From assembly GCF_028641065.1 (NCBI RefSeq), contig NC_073391.1, forward strand, positions 34,906,001 through 34,970,000: a DNA stretch of 64,000 nt, in the 5' to 3' direction. The position numbers and the translations under genes were made by a program. Shown one piece after another: positions 62,616-64,000 of this stretch (position 1 is the first letter of the stretch; each line of letters opens with the position of its first letter). The DNA is from Leucoraja erinacea. Taxonomy: Eukaryota. The notes under the pieces were generated by a model. It had not been told where the DNA came from. It worked only from the letters and a program-made list of their open reading frames with translations, and did not search any database.

Positions 62616-64000
62616 CTGGAAGACAACGGAACTGAGAAACTGCTCACAATTAAATGTTGCACAAAGTATCTACACCAGATGCCACCTCAAGAAGACGGCA
62701 GCTATCAGCAAGGATCCCGCGATCTGAGCCGCGCCTTCTTCTCACTGCTACTTTCAGTCAGGGGATGCGGAAGACTGAAGTCCCACACCACCAGGTTCAG
62801 GAACTGCTACTATCCTACAACCATCAGGTTCATGAACCGACTCGTACAACCCTAATCCTACCTCAGCAATGGCACACTACAGACCACTTCTTGCACTCCC
62901 TCAATGTCAGCAAGACAAAGGAGATTGTGATTGACATCAGGAAATGAAGCGGTACACACATCCCAGTCTACATTGATGATGCCGAAGTAGACAAAGTCGA
63001 AAACTTCAAGTTTCCAGGCCATTACTCAAACCAGCCTCCCTTCCATTGACTCCATCTACTCTTCACGCAGCCTCGGCAAGGCCAACAGCGTAACCAAGGA
63101 TCAGTCGCACCCCAGTCATTCCCTCTTCTCCCCGCTCCCATTAAAAAAGGTATACAGAAGTTTGAAAACGCATACCTACAAGTTCAGGAACAAGTCTATG
63201 TACCTGTGATGCTGTTGGGTGGTGCCAGCAATGGCTGCCTCGCCAACAGTCTGTCTGCCCCTTTCTTCTTTGTTATTTTTTCAGTATGTGTTAAATGTAT
63301 GTTTTTGGTGTTCTTTAGCTTGTTTTATGTGGCGAGTGGGGGAGGGGGTTGGGGAAACGTTTTCTAATCTTTTACCTCGACGGAGATACGATTTTTTTTT
63401 CTGTATCGTATCTCCATCCGCACTCCGGCCTAACATCATGGAGTTGGCAGCCTTTGCTGGAGACCGACTTCGAGAGCTCCACCGCGGGAGCCTGTAGACT
63501 TTAGCATCACGGAACTTGCAGTTTCTAGTCAGAGACCGACTTCAGGAACTACAAGCCGCAGGAGCTTCCACCGCCCCGACGTGGGAGCTTCGATCGCCCC
63601 AACGCAGGATTTTTGATCGTCCCGACATGGGGGCTTCGACTGCCGGCTGTGGGAGCTTTGATCGCCTGGACCGAAAGTTCGACTGCCCCGACCGCGGGAG
63701 AAAAATGAGGGAAGAAGATTAGACTTTATTGCCTTCCATCACAGCGATAAATGTGGGCATTCCGTGTGGTGGATGTTTATGTTAACTTTTATGTAGTTGT
63801 GTGTAGTTTTATGTAGTTGCTTTTTTTAAATGGCTGCATGGGAATTCGCTAATCATTGTACCTTAATTAGTACACGCGACAAGTAAAGACCTTTGAAACC
63901 TTTGAAGCAAGACACTCATTGTACCAGTTCCCCACCACACTCGTACATCTGACAATGGACTTGATTCGACTAGACCTACCTGGAGGAGCACTGCACTAAC

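Overview
Eukaryotic, vertebrate DNA. The repeat content (CR1, Rex/Babar, Penelope-like elements, tRNA-derived SINEs) suggests a cartilaginous fish such as a skate or ray; this is inference. By hand-splicing I reconstruct five genes. (1) CALHM3-like, minus strand, 2 exons. (2, 3) Two complete tandem gamma-glutamyl hydrolase (GGH)-like genes, minus strand, 10 exons and 298 aa each, with identical exon sizes; both lack the N-terminal signal peptide of canonical GGH. (4) ITPRIP, plus strand, one coding exon. (5) The last four exons of an omega-class GST, minus strand. The rest is mostly transposon-derived. Notable elements: a near full-length CR1 LINE; many Penelope-type ends carrying minimal hammerhead-ribozyme motifs; a 1.6-kb P-element-like non-autonomous transposon (CAAAG TIRs, 8-bp TSD); and two 33-38-bp remnants of the same family that look like excision footprints. 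There are two assembly gaps. All assignments come from manual reading and recalled family motifs; no searches were run.
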